From assembly GCA_963666315.2 (NCBI GenBank), contig CAXXHG010000014.1, positions 96,001 through 160,000 of the forward strand: 64,000 nt of DNA, given 5' to 3'. Positions within the stretch are counted from its first letter, which is position 1. Each line of letters begins with the position of its first letter. This stretch comes from Candidatus Binatia bacterium (lineage in GTDB: Bacteria; Desulfobacterota; Binatia; Bin18). The position numbers and the translations under genes were made by a program. The notes beneath the pieces were generated by a model. It made no database searches and was not told the DNA's origin. It was given only the letters and a program-made list of their open reading frames with translations. Positions 1 to 10,070 of this stretch are shown here, in pieces.

Positions 1-25
1 CAAGAATTTTTTCGTGGTCAGTCAT
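1..25 (-). CDS. 5' end of a gene running off the left edge (MTDHEKIL...)
   Basis: Minus-strand ATG at 25 preceded by a GGGGGAG SD-like sequence; only 8 codons visible. Confidence 0.45.
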
Positions 26-250
26 GCTCCCCCCATCCAGGCTCTGTCCAGACTCCATCCAGGCTCCAGCCATAATGTAGAAGCATCGGGAGTCTCCAGG
101 TCAGGTGCTCTGTCTGCCCTCTCTCTTTAGACGAAGTAGGGGTTGGGTGCAAGAAAGAGGGAGCATTGCGAGAGACACAGGTTTTTGTCATGATCGTCCG
201 GTCTGTCCATCAGAGTAATGCAGGCAGGCCAAAGAACGGAAAGGAACGGC

Positions 251-793
251 ATGGCGCATATCACGGCACGGGAATTCGATACCTTTATTCGCCTCTTAAC
301 AGAACATTATGGCCTCACATTCGTTCATGAGCGTTTGCTCAAGGCAAACGTCTTAGTATCCCGCAAACGCCCCTCAGGCTGGCAACCGCTTGCCTCTCAA
401 CTGTATCAATTGAGCGCAGGTCTGCGCCGCGATCACCCTGCCCGGTATGCCGTCGAACTGCTGTGGCAGGACATGATTTCCAGCCAAACGGGAGAAGATC
501 AGCAGGAAATCCTGGATACCTTGGCCAAGCGAATCAATGACTGTTTAACGGAAAAGTTTGCAGTCATCCCAGAGAAACAGGCGGACCTCGTTTCAGCCCT
601 GGGCGCCTACCAGCGAGCGATTGCCGCACTCTCAACGGCTGACGCCGCGTACACTGAAATACTCCTACGCGCCTCGACTGACGTCGCCACGTTTCTACGC
701 GACCATAAAGAGGAAGTCCTGGCAGCGGCCCCAGTTCCAGCTGAAACGCCGGCGGAGCGTACTAATGCACCCGTACAGGAAGAAAAAGAATAG
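251..793 (+). CDS. Hypothetical helical protein
   Basis: Long ORF; AAGGAA SD before ATG 251; no recognised motif. Confidence 0.7.
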   Translation: MAHITAREFDTFIRLLTEHYGLTFVHERLLKANVLVSRKRPSGWQPLASQLYQLSAGLRRDHPARYAVELLWQDMISSQTGEDQQEILDTLAKRINDCLTEKFAVIPEKQADLVSALGAYQRAIAALSTADAAYTEILLRASTDVATFLRDHKEEVLAAAPVPAETPAERTNAPVQEEKE

Positions 794-839
794 GACAGGG
801 GTGAGGTCTACAAACTTCGTAGGGCTACAAGTTCGAAAG

Positions 840-1442
840 CTACGAACTTGTAGTATTCTGCGCCTCGAGGCCCTTTTTTAAAGCACGCACTGTTGACACA
901 AAGGTCTCGCGAGCAGCACTTTTTTGCAAAGAGAGCGGCACCGGTAAGCTCACTTTGCCTTTGACAACCGCAGAATAGGTCAGCAGCGTTTTTGCCCCGT
1001 CTGGCGAAGGGGTAAAATGATATTCCCCTTGGATGTCGCTCAGTTGACTTTCAACGCTTTTAATCAGCACCCGGTTCTCGTCTGAAATAAAGGTAAACTC
1101 CAGGCTCAGGCGCTGCGGCTGTCCGAGCAGCTCAAGCTCAAACAGCACGAGCTTACTATTTCCTTGGGCCTTGAGCAGCCGCGATACGCGGACGGTCTCA
1201 CTGAATTCAGCGATCCGTTCCGGCTCGGAAAAAGCCTGCCAGATATCCGCGATCGGCGTATCAAGTCGGGAAGTGAACTCCATCGTCATGGTATCGGCCT
1301 GCTTATCGAGTTTCTCGCTCAGGATTTCCTCAGACGGGCCCTCCCACTCAAGTGCGGCCATCCGCAGCTGATAAAAGCGCCAGCCGAAAAAACCTAGACC
1401 GACAATGAGCACGGCCGCAAGGCCTAGGAATAGCTTTTTCAT
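840..1442 (-). CDS. Membrane-anchored SRPBCC/START-fold (polyketide cyclase-like) protein
   Basis: N-terminal TM helix; IWQAFSEPERIAEF and GEYHFTPSPDGAKTLLTY match the SRPBCC pattern. Confidence 0.7.
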   Translation of the reverse strand: MKKLFLGLAAVLIVGLGFFGWRFYQLRMAALEWEGPSEEILSEKLDKQADTMTMEFTSRLDTPIADIWQAFSEPERIAEFSETVRVSRLLKAQGNSKLVLFELELLGQPQRLSLEFTFISDENRVLIKSVESQLSDIQGEYHFTPSPDGAKTLLTYSAVVKGKVSLPVPLSLQKSAARETFVSTVRALKKGLEAQNTTSS

Positions 1443-1843
1443 CGAGAGAGTTGTGCTGTTCTGGAAAGCTCGGCAGACGGAGCCAGCGTCCTGGCAGCCG
1501 GCGTCATCCGCATGTTATCAGCCGATGGAATAGGGGCGCTAAAATAGATCGTCTCCTCTCCCCGGATATGACTCCGATTGAGGATGTAATCTCCACCCAG
1601 AGAGGGATTCCACACCCGCTCTGCGACCTGATAATTCCCCCCGGTCAACACATAAGCAAAGCCGCCGGTAATGCCACCAAGGGTAGCGTAGGCGAGTTTG
1701 GCCGGCACATAAAACACGTTTGCTGCCACCGTTGCTGTTCCAACACCCGCATCCTCAATATAATCGGCAGATACGGGCGCCGAGGCGCTTAACACGAGTC
1801 CTAGCAAAGTCCCACACAACCCTACTCGTAATACTTGTCCCAT
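1439..1843 (-). CDS. Hypothetical exported/membrane protein
   Basis: Signal peptide-like N-terminus, Gly-rich hydrophobic segment, 4-bp overlap with next gene. Confidence 0.7.
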   Translation of the reverse strand: MGQVLRVGLCGTLLGLVLSASAPVSADYIEDAGVGTATVAANVFYVPAKLAYATLGGITGGFAYVLTGGNYQVAERVWNPSLGGDYILNRSHIRGEETIYFSAPIPSADNMRMTPAARTLAPSAELSRTAQLSR

Positions 1844-1856
1844 GGCTTCCTCCTCA

Positions 1857-2603
1857 TCATCCTTCCGTTTTCACCACACACCCTTGGGGGAGCAAACTGA
1901 GTAAATGGGTAAACGCCCGGTCAACGTAATTCTTATCCTTTGACTCAAGCGTAATTTTTACCCGATATTCCGGATCATTGTTCTTGGGATAGGACCCGAG
2001 CAACAAGTCTGGAAATTCACCCAGAGTCTCATTCAGAAACACTGCTATCCTACTCTCATATTCTCGCGTGTACAATACTTTGAGATGATATGGGTCGGCA
2101 GCAAAACGACTCTTGAGCGCCAAAAATTTCTGCCGGAAGATCTCAGGGATACCCGGCAGGATATAAATATTCTCAGCCTTAATTGTCGGAAAGCGAATCT
2201 TCCCATCTGCAATCAGCTCAGCGCCTTCGGGCGTATCGGCCATCTTCAAGTACGCATCATTCGCAGGCCGGCCATTGAGATATTTTCGTAATTTTTCTTC
2301 TAATACCGGATGACGAATGACCTTCTGCTGCAGTGCCCGCGCGACCCCTTCGATAGTGATATCGTCGTGCGTCGGACCAATGCCTCCGGAGGTAAACACC
2401 ACATCGAACTGCTGGTGAAAGTCGCGCACGGTTGCCGCGATCACATCGAGCTCGTCAGGAATAACGATGACCCGTTTGAGCGTGACCCCAACCTGTCGGA
2501 GTTCTTTGGCTAAAAAAGGCGAATTGGAATCGACCGTCTTGCCCGACAAGATTTCATTTCCAATGATAACGATCCCGGCATCAAGTTCTTGCACAGCTTG
2601 CAC
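1857..2603 (-). CDS. Stand-alone CinA N-terminal/molybdopterin-binding (COG1058) nucleotide pyrophosphatase-like protein
   Basis: GNEILSGKTVDSN, TSGGIGPTHDDIT and LPGIP motifs; no NMN-deamidase domain. Confidence 0.85.
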   Translation of the reverse strand: MQAVQELDAGIVIIGNEILSGKTVDSNSPFLAKELRQVGVTLKRVIVIPDELDVIAATVRDFHQQFDVVFTSGGIGPTHDDITIEGVARALQQKVIRHPVLEEKLRKYLNGRPANDAYLKMADTPEGAELIADGKIRFPTIKAENIYILPGIPEIFRQKFLALKSRFAADPYHLKVLYTREYESRIAVFLNETLGEFPDLLLGSYPKNNDPEYRVKITLESKDKNYVDRAFTHLLSLLPQGCVVKTEG

Positions 2604-2641
2604 TATAAACCGATTTTTCGTTGGCTGGCAAGATTTACGCT

Positions 2642-3637
2642 TTAGCCCCTATCAGTCAGGCCAATATTCAAATCTGTCAGGTCAGGGAGCTGGCGCAGCA
2701 AATACTCTTTCAGCTTTTTCTTGAGCCGGCTTTCGAGCTGACGTACCCGCTCACGACTAATCCCATACTGATCACCAATATCCTGGAGCGTCAGGGGCTC
2801 TTCGGCTAAAAGTCGTTGGTTGAAGATAACCTCTTCTTTGCCTTCCAGCATACATGCAAAGTCGGCCATTTTCTGACTAATCAACTGCCGGTACTCAGAG
2901 GTCGATACTTCTTCTTCTGCTGTGAGACCCTTATCAGCGAGAAAATCCAGAAAAGTTGTGGACCCGTCTCCGGCATCGATCGGGGCATCAACCGAGAGGT
3001 CACGGGACGCCATCCGCTGCTCCATCTCCACGACCTCGTGTTCTTTCACCCCAAGGTTTTGAGCGAGTAATTTTGGCGCCGGCGAAAATCCCTCAGCCTC
3101 AAGCCGATCTTTTTCTCGTTGCAGATTAAAAAATAGTTTTCGCTGGGCTTGGGTCGTGCCCAATTTCACCATGCGCCAGTTATTCATAATGTAGCGAATA
3201 ATATAGGCTCGAACCCACCAGACTGCGTAGGACGGGAACCGGACCCCGCGGTACGGGTCGAACTTTCGTATGGCATCCATCAGGCCGACATTTCCTTCTT
3301 GAATCAAATCGAGCAAATTGCGAAACGCACGCTGATAGCTACGCGCAATCATGACCACTAAGCGCAGATTTGCGGTCACCAGACGGTAGGCAGCCTGAAC
3401 ATCCCCGTACTCTTTATATTGCACTGCAAGCTCATGCTCTTCTTCACGAGAAAGCAGAGGACAACGACGAATCTCAGCCATATAGCGACTCAGGGAATCC
3501 GTAGGAACAAGAGCGGTCTCCGTCTCGGAGGTGTCTTCTTCTACGGGCCCACTGACTTCGACAGGCGACGCAGGCTCTGAGTGGCCGCCTTCAGCGGCAA
3601 CGGGGACAGCAGTGCTATCTGTGACCTGACGTTTCAT
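2642..3637 (-). CDS. rpoH: RNA polymerase sigma factor, sigma-32/RpoH family
   Basis: DLIQEGNVGL region 2, RpoH box TTQAQRKLFFNL, region 4 SRERVRQLE. Confidence 0.9.
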   Translation of the reverse strand: MKRQVTDSTAVPVAAEGGHSEPASPVEVSGPVEEDTSETETALVPTDSLSRYMAEIRRCPLLSREEEHELAVQYKEYGDVQAAYRLVTANLRLVVMIARSYQRAFRNLLDLIQEGNVGLMDAIRKFDPYRGVRFPSYAVWWVRAYIIRYIMNNWRMVKLGTTQAQRKLFFNLQREKDRLEAEGFSPAPKLLAQNLGVKEHEVVEMEQRMASRDLSVDAPIDAGDGSTTFLDFLADKGLTAEEEVSTSEYRQLISQKMADFACMLEGKEEVIFNQRLLAEEPLTLQDIGDQYGISRERVRQLESRLKKKLKEYLLRQLPDLTDLNIGLTDRG

Positions 3638-3766
3638 TGGATCAATAGTCTTTACTGACCGGAAAGAAAGGATGAACGGCCCGCGCTATACCGTGCGTCT
3701 AGATCTCAGTGGAACAAAGAGAAGGCAGCTTCTACACATAAGAGACGGTAGAAAGGGCTTATAAGC

Positions 3767-3976
3767 CTATGTTTCTTCGATCTGCTCCAGCGGATCTTCC
3801 TTCCACACTTTTCCAGCGGCAATCTCGCGCAGCGCCGTCACCACCTCTTTATTATCCGTTTTCACCAGAGGCAGAGCTCCTTTGAGTAAGTCTTTGGCTC
3901 GCTGTGAGGCAATCACAACGAGTTCAAACCGATTAGGAATTCGAGCTAAACAGTCCTCAACCGTAATACGCGCCAT
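3767..3976 (-). CDS. rpoZ: RNA polymerase omega subunit
   Basis: [10 protein letters not shown]...NRFELV...ALREIAAGK. Confidence 0.95.
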   Translation of the reverse strand: MARITVEDCLARIPNRFELVVIASQRAKDLLKGALPLVKTDNKEVVTALREIAAGKVWKEDPLEQIEET

Positions 3977-4123
3977 TCTGACTCTTCCTTATGTAGATAA
4001 AGTGGGGGGTCCGACCTCGTATTATACTCGTTTACCCGCGAAAAGAAAGGAAGCAAGAAACCGAGCGTTTTCTGACCTTGACAAGCGATACGGAGAACGG
4101 TACTTCCGGGCCGGGAGAAAATT

Positions 4124-4594
4124 ATGGGGTTTTGGGAACGTCTTGTTGGCTCTGAACAACCACAGCATAAAGATCAGCGCCTTTTACTACCGGAGCTTTT
4201 GACAAACTATCAAGCCGAAAGACAGCTTGCCAAGCAAATTCAAGTGCATGCAGAGCTTTCGCCACATCAAGCGGGAGCAGACCAGCTCCGTGCAGCAGCG
4301 GAAGAACAAGACCGTATCGCTACACTCCTTCAAGACAAGATTGTTGAACTCGGAGGTGAGTGCCAGGAAGGTGAGGCGACTCCAAAAGAAGGTCAGAACC
4401 ACTGGGCCCGGGTCGTCCACGACTTAGGGGACAGCAAAGCACTCACCCAAAAGTATAACGAACAGGCCATCTATTGGGACCCGGATGTCCCGGGTGTGGC
4501 TGAGTTCTTCTTTACCCTGGAGAGAGACAAGCAGCGCTTGAATGCCCTGCTACGCGATATCGCGCTCCGAGCCGATCCGCACGCCCTCGACTAG
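4124..4594 (+). CDS. Hypothetical protein, probable ferritin-like four-helix bundle
   Basis: Helical pattern with LRAAAEEQDRIATLLQDKIVELGG (ferritin-like signature but without the ExxH His). Confidence 0.6.
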   Translation: MGFWERLVGSEQPQHKDQRLLLPELLTNYQAERQLAKQIQVHAELSPHQAGADQLRAAAEEQDRIATLLQDKIVELGGECQEGEATPKEGQNHWARVVHDLGDSKALTQKYNEQAIYWDPDVPGVAEFFFTLERDKQRLNALLRDIALRADPHALD

Positions 4595-4628
4595 ACACCG
4601 CGGTCTTCTTGATCTCTCTGCGTCGGCT

Positions 4629-5222
4629 TTATTCTTCATCTTCCTGAAGCGCAAGATGATCCCGACTCATCGCACGGGGTGCGAAATGCCCTTGGACTGA
4701 TGCAGCGGATGGAGGCGTCCAATTTTGGCCCTGTCCAGAGCGGAGGGCGTTCTGCTGGTCCTTGGGGCGCGCGGTTGATGATTGATCTCGCCGCCACGAC
4801 TTGTTTCGGCCTTGGCTGCCACCCGAAGATTTGAGTCGATTACCGATAAATCCGACCCGCTCTTCGATCCGATGCAGTGTTCCCGTCACTGCTCCAAGCT
4901 GCTCTCCAATATTCTTCTGCATGAGCTTTGCAAACAAAGCGCCGAGAGTCTCTGGTGTCATCTCTGTTGTTGGCGACTTCGCTGTCAGCGCCGTCCGCAA
5001 TGCTCCCATTTCAGCAACGAGCGCTGATAATCCCTGCGAGAATTTCTCCTCCAATGTTTCCAGCCGTTGCTGTAATGCCACGATTGTCTCCTGCACCGGA
5101 GGCTTATTCGTAACACGAGTCCGCTTTACCGGACTCTTTCGCGTACGACTGCTCGTCTTTTTCGCTGCAGCAGTCTTTTTTACCGTTAATCCGCTCGTGG
5201 ATTTCGAGGCTGCCTTTGCCAT
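4629..5222 (-). CDS. Hypothetical protein, Lys/Ala/Thr-rich N-tail plus coiled coil
   Basis: SD AAGGAA before ATG 5222; KKTAAAKKTSSRTRKS tail; heptad region LQQRLETLEEKF. Confidence 0.7.
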   Translation of the reverse strand: MAKAASKSTSGLTVKKTAAAKKTSSRTRKSPVKRTRVTNKPPVQETIVALQQRLETLEEKFSQGLSALVAEMGALRTALTAKSPTTEMTPETLGALFAKLMQKNIGEQLGAVTGTLHRIEERVGFIGNRLKSSGGSQGRNKSWRRDQSSTARPKDQQNALRSGQGQNWTPPSAASVQGHFAPRAMSRDHLALQEDEE

Positions 5223-5286
5223 GCCGTTCCTTTCTTGTCGTTCATACAAAATGAACAGGAAGGATGAGGAGCACATCTCCCGCACC

Positions 5287-5499
5287 CTAAATCATGTTTG
5301 TCGAATACTCCACTAATTCCCCAAGTTTGCAGATTTTACTGGCTCGGACCGCCCGTTCATGGGGCGGAGCCTGCCCAAATTCTTCAAGATGGCGATGGAG
5401 GCTGTGTTCCAGGATCTCCACACATTGGGTGGCCATCACCTGTTGCTGCTCACGACGACGAGCTTGCAAAATCTTGTGCAGATGAATGATCTCAGCCAC
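5287..5499 (-). CDS. Small hypothetical protein
   Basis: 70-aa ORF co-oriented with neighbours; MAEIIHL start. Confidence 0.55.
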   Translation of the reverse strand: MAEIIHLHKILQARRREQQQVMATQCVEILEHSLHRHLEEFGQAPPHERAVRASKICKLGELVEYSTNMI

Positions 5500-5527
5500 G
5501 ATCCGAACTCAATCTGTTGAGTCCCCC

Positions 5528-6292
5528 CTATGGCAGGGGACTCCGGGGTTGCTCGTGGCGACGCCAGCCACCTCCAGCATACCACTCAATTTGATGCGCA
5601 ATCCCAAGGAAGATACGCACGTCTCTATCCTCTAACCCTGCCCTACCGAGAATCCGACGCAAGGCAAGCATGATATGGTCGGGATTATCACGGTGCAAAA
5701 ACCCTACCCGCAGTAGGGCGACTTTGAGTCTTTCATACATGAGCTCCTGCCGCTCAGCGACAGCCAACGGCCCAAGAGCCGCAGGAAAATCTTCGGTAGA
5801 CTCATTTCCGACAGCTCGAAAGACGCTATAACAACACAGGAGGACTGCTTGCGCCATGTTGAGTGAGGAAAAGGCCGGATCAGTCGGAATCGTCAGGAGT
5901 TTATGACAACAGCGCAGATCCTCGTTGGTCAAACCACTATCCTCCGGACCAAAAACGAAAGCAACACGATTGGTTTTCAGCGCTGCAGCGATTTCAGGCG
6001 CAAGCACTTCGGGAAAACGGGTCCCCTCCCGATACAATCCGGCTCGACACGTCGTTCCAACCACTAAGCCACACGCACTCACCGCTGCACGCAGAGAGTC
6101 GTACTCCTGCATATTATCTAAGACATCCCTGGCATGGACCGCCATGGCGTCGGCCCAGTCGCGTCGAATCGGGGCTGGATCGACGAGCATCAGATCTTGA
6201 ACACCAAAATTTCGCATTGCACGCGCCGCAGCACCGATATTTCCAGAATATTTCGGTCGGACAAGAACAATGCGCAGCCTTGCTAAACTCAT
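5528..6292 (-). CDS. trmJ: SPOUT tRNA methyltransferase, TrmJ/LasT family
   Basis: NIGAAARAMRNFG, FGPEDSGLTN and SSLNMAQAV motifs. Confidence 0.85.
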   Translation of the reverse strand: MSLARLRIVLVRPKYSGNIGAAARAMRNFGVQDLMLVDPAPIRRDWADAMAVHARDVLDNMQEYDSLRAAVSACGLVVGTTCRAGLYREGTRFPEVLAPEIAAALKTNRVAFVFGPEDSGLTNEDLRCCHKLLTIPTDPAFSSLNMAQAVLLCCYSVFRAVGNESTEDFPAALGPLAVAERQELMYERLKVALLRVGFLHRDNPDHIMLALRRILGRAGLEDRDVRIFLGIAHQIEWYAGGGWRRHEQPRSPLP

Positions 6293-6396
6293 AGACAGTA
6301 CTGACCGACAGCCTGATTGGCATCATGTCGATCGTGAACGGGAGGCCTGGACTGTTCAGCAAATGCGGTGAGGAAACGGTCACCACACTGACGCTG

Positions 6397-6693
6397 CTAA
6401 CGCTTATTGACAGAGACTCTCGGCGAGTTGCCGTCACGTCGTTGCTCACGCAGCCAACGCATAAGCGCTTCTCGTTCTACATACCGCCTGTGATGGCGTG
6501 CATGGCCTTCCCGATAGACGATATCCGCTTCAAGTAGTTCTTCCAGATAACGATGGAGGGGGTAGGACCCCTCTCCTTCCCCCATCTCCTGCAATACCCC
6601 ACGGAGGCGGTCCAGCCATTCGCCGTCGAGTTGCATCTCCACTCGTAACGGTCGACCAATGGCGAGTACTTTAGATCGGATGCCTCTCTGCAT
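6397..6693 (-). CDS. Hypothetical protein
   Basis: 98-aa ORF with protein-like composition; no motif. Confidence 0.5.
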   Translation of the reverse strand: MQRGIRSKVLAIGRPLRVEMQLDGEWLDRLRGVLQEMGEGEGSYPLHRYLEELLEADIVYREGHARHHRRYVEREALMRWLREQRRDGNSPRVSVNKR

Positions 6694-6853
6694 GCGTGTA
6701 CCATATTCCGTGGGAGCCCGTAGTATCTCCTGATTCTGCCCGCTTTTGCAAGACCGGGGGTTGCTTCAGAGGACCAGCCCTCAAATATTTGCATTACCCT
6801 TGACAAGGGAATCGACTACAACCCTGGTCTCCTATACACTCTAAGACCTCCTT

Positions 6854-7510
6854 ATGAAGATTATATCGTTTGGCGACGTGCACATGGCAACTGCGCAGAT
6901 AGAAAAATTGGCTGGGGAATTAGCCACAGCAGATCTGCTTATTCTCTCAGGAGATCTGACGAATTTTGGGGGCAAGACAGACGCCCAACAGGTCATTCAT
7001 GCTGCCCAGGCGTATTGTTCGTCTGTCCTTGCTCTACCCGGCAACCTCGATCAGCCGGAAGTTGTTGATTTTCTTCAGATGACACGGCTGAGCCTGCACG
7101 GCGAAAGTCGACGCTACGGAGATCTCGTATGCTACGGCTGTGGGGGGTCAAACCTCACACCGTTCCACACTCCACTGGAGTATACGGATGAAACGCTCTG
7201 GCAGCTTCTCCAACAAGCCTCTGCCGACGTTGCGCCTGATACGCTACAGATCATGGTCTGCCACACTCCACCGTATGCCACCAGGGTTGATCGGCTACTC
7301 GACGGCCGGCCGGTCGGTAGCCCGGCTGTCCGACAGTTTATCGTCGAAAAGCAGCCGCAGCTGTGTGTGACCGGCCATATTCATGAGTCATCAGGAGTAG
7401 ACATGATTGGACGAACAAAAATCCTCAATGCCGGCCCTTTTGCAGCAGGAGGGTATATCGTCATGCACTACGAAAACGGCGCGCTTGACGCAGAACTCCG
7501 GTTTGTATGA
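6854..7510 (+). CDS. Calcineurin-like metallophosphoesterase
   Basis: GDVH, GDLT, GNLD, HTPP and GHIHE motifs. Confidence 0.9.
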   Translation: MKIISFGDVHMATAQIEKLAGELATADLLILSGDLTNFGGKTDAQQVIHAAQAYCSSVLALPGNLDQPEVVDFLQMTRLSLHGESRRYGDLVCYGCGGSNLTPFHTPLEYTDETLWQLLQQASADVAPDTLQIMVCHTPPYATRVDRLLDGRPVGSPAVRQFIVEKQPQLCVTGHIHESSGVDMIGRTKILNAGPFAAGGYIVMHYENGALDAELRFV

Positions 7511-7544
7511 CCCTCAGCCTGACAAGGCCTCAACCTGACAAGGA

Positions 7545-8210
7545 ATGATTATAACGACTGCCTTTCATCATATCCTCCTCAAAGCAGCCCAGCCCATCTG
7601 GGATGCTATTTTTTCCCACCCTTTCATCAAAGAGCTCGGAGCCGGCACACTGAGCCGCGAACGCTTTCTTTTCTTTGTTCGCCAAGATTATCTGTACTTA
7701 CAAGATTTCGCCCGAGTCTTGTGTTTGGGCGGGGCAAAGGCAGACTCTTTAGACACCCTCCATATGTTCGCCGAACATGCGGCAACCGTGGTCCAGGTTG
7801 AGCGCAATCTTCACACCAGCTGGAGTAAAAAGCTCGGCCTGACAGCGCAGGATTTAGGCCAAGCCGAACGCGCCCCAGTCACGCAAGCCTACACCCGCCA
7901 TCTCCTAGCGGTTGCGCACAGCGGTACACTGGCTGAAATCGTCGCGGCCGTTCTGCCCTGCTATTGGATCTATTGGGAGGTTGGGAAAAAGTTAAATGCT
8001 TCGCCCCCCACAGACCCACTCTATGCAGAATGGACACAAGCCTACAGCCACGAAAGGTTTGGCGCACACGTCCAGCAGCAACTTGACCTTATTGACCGCC
8101 TTGCCCAGGATAGTTTTGTGGGCGAACAGAAACAGTGGGAAGAACACTTTATCCAGAGCAGTCGGTATGAATATCTCTTTTGGGATCAAGCCTATCGGAC
8201 CGATACCTAG
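7545..8210 (+). CDS. tenA: Thiaminase II (TenA, catalytic-Cys type)
   Basis: HPF..ELGAGTL, QDYLYL, LPCYWIY, EYLFWD. Confidence 0.9.
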   Translation: MIITTAFHHILLKAAQPIWDAIFSHPFIKELGAGTLSRERFLFFVRQDYLYLQDFARVLCLGGAKADSLDTLHMFAEHAATVVQVERNLHTSWSKKLGLTAQDLGQAERAPVTQAYTRHLLAVAHSGTLAEIVAAVLPCYWIYWEVGKKLNASPPTDPLYAEWTQAYSHERFGAHVQQQLDLIDRLAQDSFVGEQKQWEEHFIQSSRYEYLFWDQAYRTDT

Positions 8211-8287
8211 CCGGTGTGATCTGCGCACCGGAGAGAAACGGTGAGGTCGGGACGGGCCCACCCCGACCCGTGATACCACAGCAGAAA

Positions 8288-9664
8288 TCAGAAATGTTTG
8301 AGAGGCGTCTTCCCGATCGGGAAGACATTAAAACCCAGTTCAAATAACTGTCTGTGATCTAAAATGTTACGGCCGTCAAAGAGAAACGCGGGCTGCTCCA
8401 TAGAGGCGAGAATCCGTTCGTAATCGAGATTCCTATACAGGTCCCATTCCGTCATAATGGCAACCGCATGTGCTCCTTTCGCCGCCTTATACGGGTCCGG
8501 TTCAAAGGTCACCCGGTCTGCAATATCCAACAGATCACCCTGTGCATTATCCAGCGCTTTCGGATCGGTCACTACGACGTCGGCCCGCTCCTCGGCTAGG
8601 CCTCGTGCAACATAAATCGCCGGCGATTCACGCGTATCCCCCGTATTGGCCTTAAAAGCAAAGCCAAATAAGGCAATACGTTTCCCGGCAACGGTGTTGA
8701 ACATGCTCTCCAGTATGGTCCGGACAAAACGGTTTTCCTGCCATTCATTAATCTTGACAACCGACTCCCAGTAATCGGCGACCTCGCTCAGACCGTAGCT
8801 TTGACTGATATACACCAGGTTCAGAATATCTTTCTTAAAACACGATCCGCCAAAACCCACGCTTGATTTCAGAAACTTTGGCCCAATGCGTGTATCCTTC
8901 CCAATGGCATAGGCCACTTCGTCCACGTCCGCCTCTGTCTTTTCGCACAAGGCCGAGATCGCGTTAATAGAAGAAATCCGCTGGGCCAGAAACGCATTCG
9001 CGGCCAATTTCGAGAGTTCGGAACTCCACACATTAGACTCAATAATATTCTCTCTCGGCACCCAGTTGGCATAGATATCGACGACGGCTTTCCGGGCTTC
9101 GACACCTTCAGGCGTCTCTTTTGAGCCAACAAGCACGCGATCGGGATTTTCCAGGTCACTGATCGCGCTTCCCTCGGCAAGGAACTCTGGATTGGAGAGT
9201 ACGTCAAAGCGGATATTCTTGGTATTGGCGTTCAAAATCCGCTCCATGGCCTCAGCGGTTCTGACCGGCAAGGTCGACTTTTCTACGACAATTTTGTTAC
9301 GATTTGAATGTTCAAGAATCTGTCGGGCCGTTTTCTCCCAGTACTGCAAATCTGCCGCTCGTCCGGCTCCTTGGCCAAATGTCTTCGTCGGCGTATTGAC
9401 CGACACAAAAATGATGTCAGCGTCATGAATGCCGCGATCCACGTCAGTTGAAAAAAAGAGATTACGGCCCCGTGCTTGCTTGACTACCTCATCAAGGCCG
9501 GGTTCATAAATCGGGAGCTGGTCGCTCTTCCAAGCATCAATACGCGCCTGGTTGATATCGACCACGGTGACCTTGTACTGGGGGCAGCGGGCCGCAATCA
9601 TGGCCATGGTTGGGCCACCAACATAGCCGGCTCCGATACACAAAATATCCTTGGCGAATTCCAC
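8288..9664 (-). CDS. ugd: UDP-glucose 6-dehydrogenase
   Basis: [25 protein letters not shown]; GTG start at 9664 after AAGGAGG. Confidence 0.93.
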   Translation of the reverse strand: MEFAKDILCIGAGYVGGPTMAMIAARCPQYKVTVVDINQARIDAWKSDQLPIYEPGLDEVVKQARGRNLFFSTDVDRGIHDADIIFVSVNTPTKTFGQGAGRAADLQYWEKTARQILEHSNRNKIVVEKSTLPVRTAEAMERILNANTKNIRFDVLSNPEFLAEGSAISDLENPDRVLVGSKETPEGVEARKAVVDIYANWVPRENIIESNVWSSELSKLAANAFLAQRISSINAISALCEKTEADVDEVAYAIGKDTRIGPKFLKSSVGFGGSCFKKDILNLVYISQSYGLSEVADYWESVVKINEWQENRFVRTILESMFNTVAGKRIALFGFAFKANTGDTRESPAIYVARGLAEERADVVVTDPKALDNAQGDLLDIADRVTFEPDPYKAAKGAHAVAIMTEWDLYRNLDYERILASMEQPAFLFDGRNILDHRQLFELGFNVFPIGKTPLKHF

Positions 9665-9877
9665 AACGCCTCCTTGGTACACAAAAATAAAGGCAGCTGA
9701 CTCCAAGCTCCCTTGTATCATACCGGACGGAAAGAGGCAGTTGCTACTTGGCTGTCGCTTGGAACTCGGCTCCGCCACAGGGCAGCCTCCCACGGCGGCC
9801 CTTCTTCGTGGTCGTTTTTGCTGGGAAATGCAAGAGAAAAAGAACGAGACAGCACATGACTCGAAGGGCCTTATACA

Positions 9878-10070
9878 ACGTCAGTTCGGGATAAGAGCTG
9901 AAGGAAATCAAGTATTTGTGAAGATTCGACGCGGGGCACTCAGTCTCCAACGAGCTTTTACCAAGGAATTTGCCCATAGAGAGAAAGGGAAGTACCCCTT
10001 CTCCCTGCCCCTCTCGGCACAACCGTTGATCTTACAATGACTTATCAAATTTCTTATCCCGAACTCAGGT
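9878..10070. mobile_element. Non-autonomous MITE with IS982-like terminal inverted repeats
   Basis: ACGTCAGTTCGGGATAAGA (9878-9896) vs reverse complement of 10052-10070, ACCTGAGTTCGGGATAAGA (17/19); no transposase inside. Confidence 0.7.

Noticed and set aside
808-853. Hairpin CTACAAGTTCG/CGAACTTGTAG as an ncRNA or REP
   Set aside because: Single stem between convergent genes overlapping a stop codon; at most a terminator-like structure
239-5234. Identical 17-mer GAAAGGAACGGCATGGC at two gene starts (239-255 and 5234-5218) as ends of an invertible segment
   Set aside because: Largely accounted for by SD plus ATG-GC constraints; no recombinase nearby and the interval holds core genes
6694-6853. 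TPP riboswitch upstream of the tenA unit
   Set aside because: The conserved CTGAGA and ACCTGA...GNAGG elements are not present in the right arrangement
9651-10040. ORFs 9651-10040 (+) and 9744-10022 (-) as a transposase
   Set aside because: No DDE motifs; they only span the MITE and the ugd upstream region
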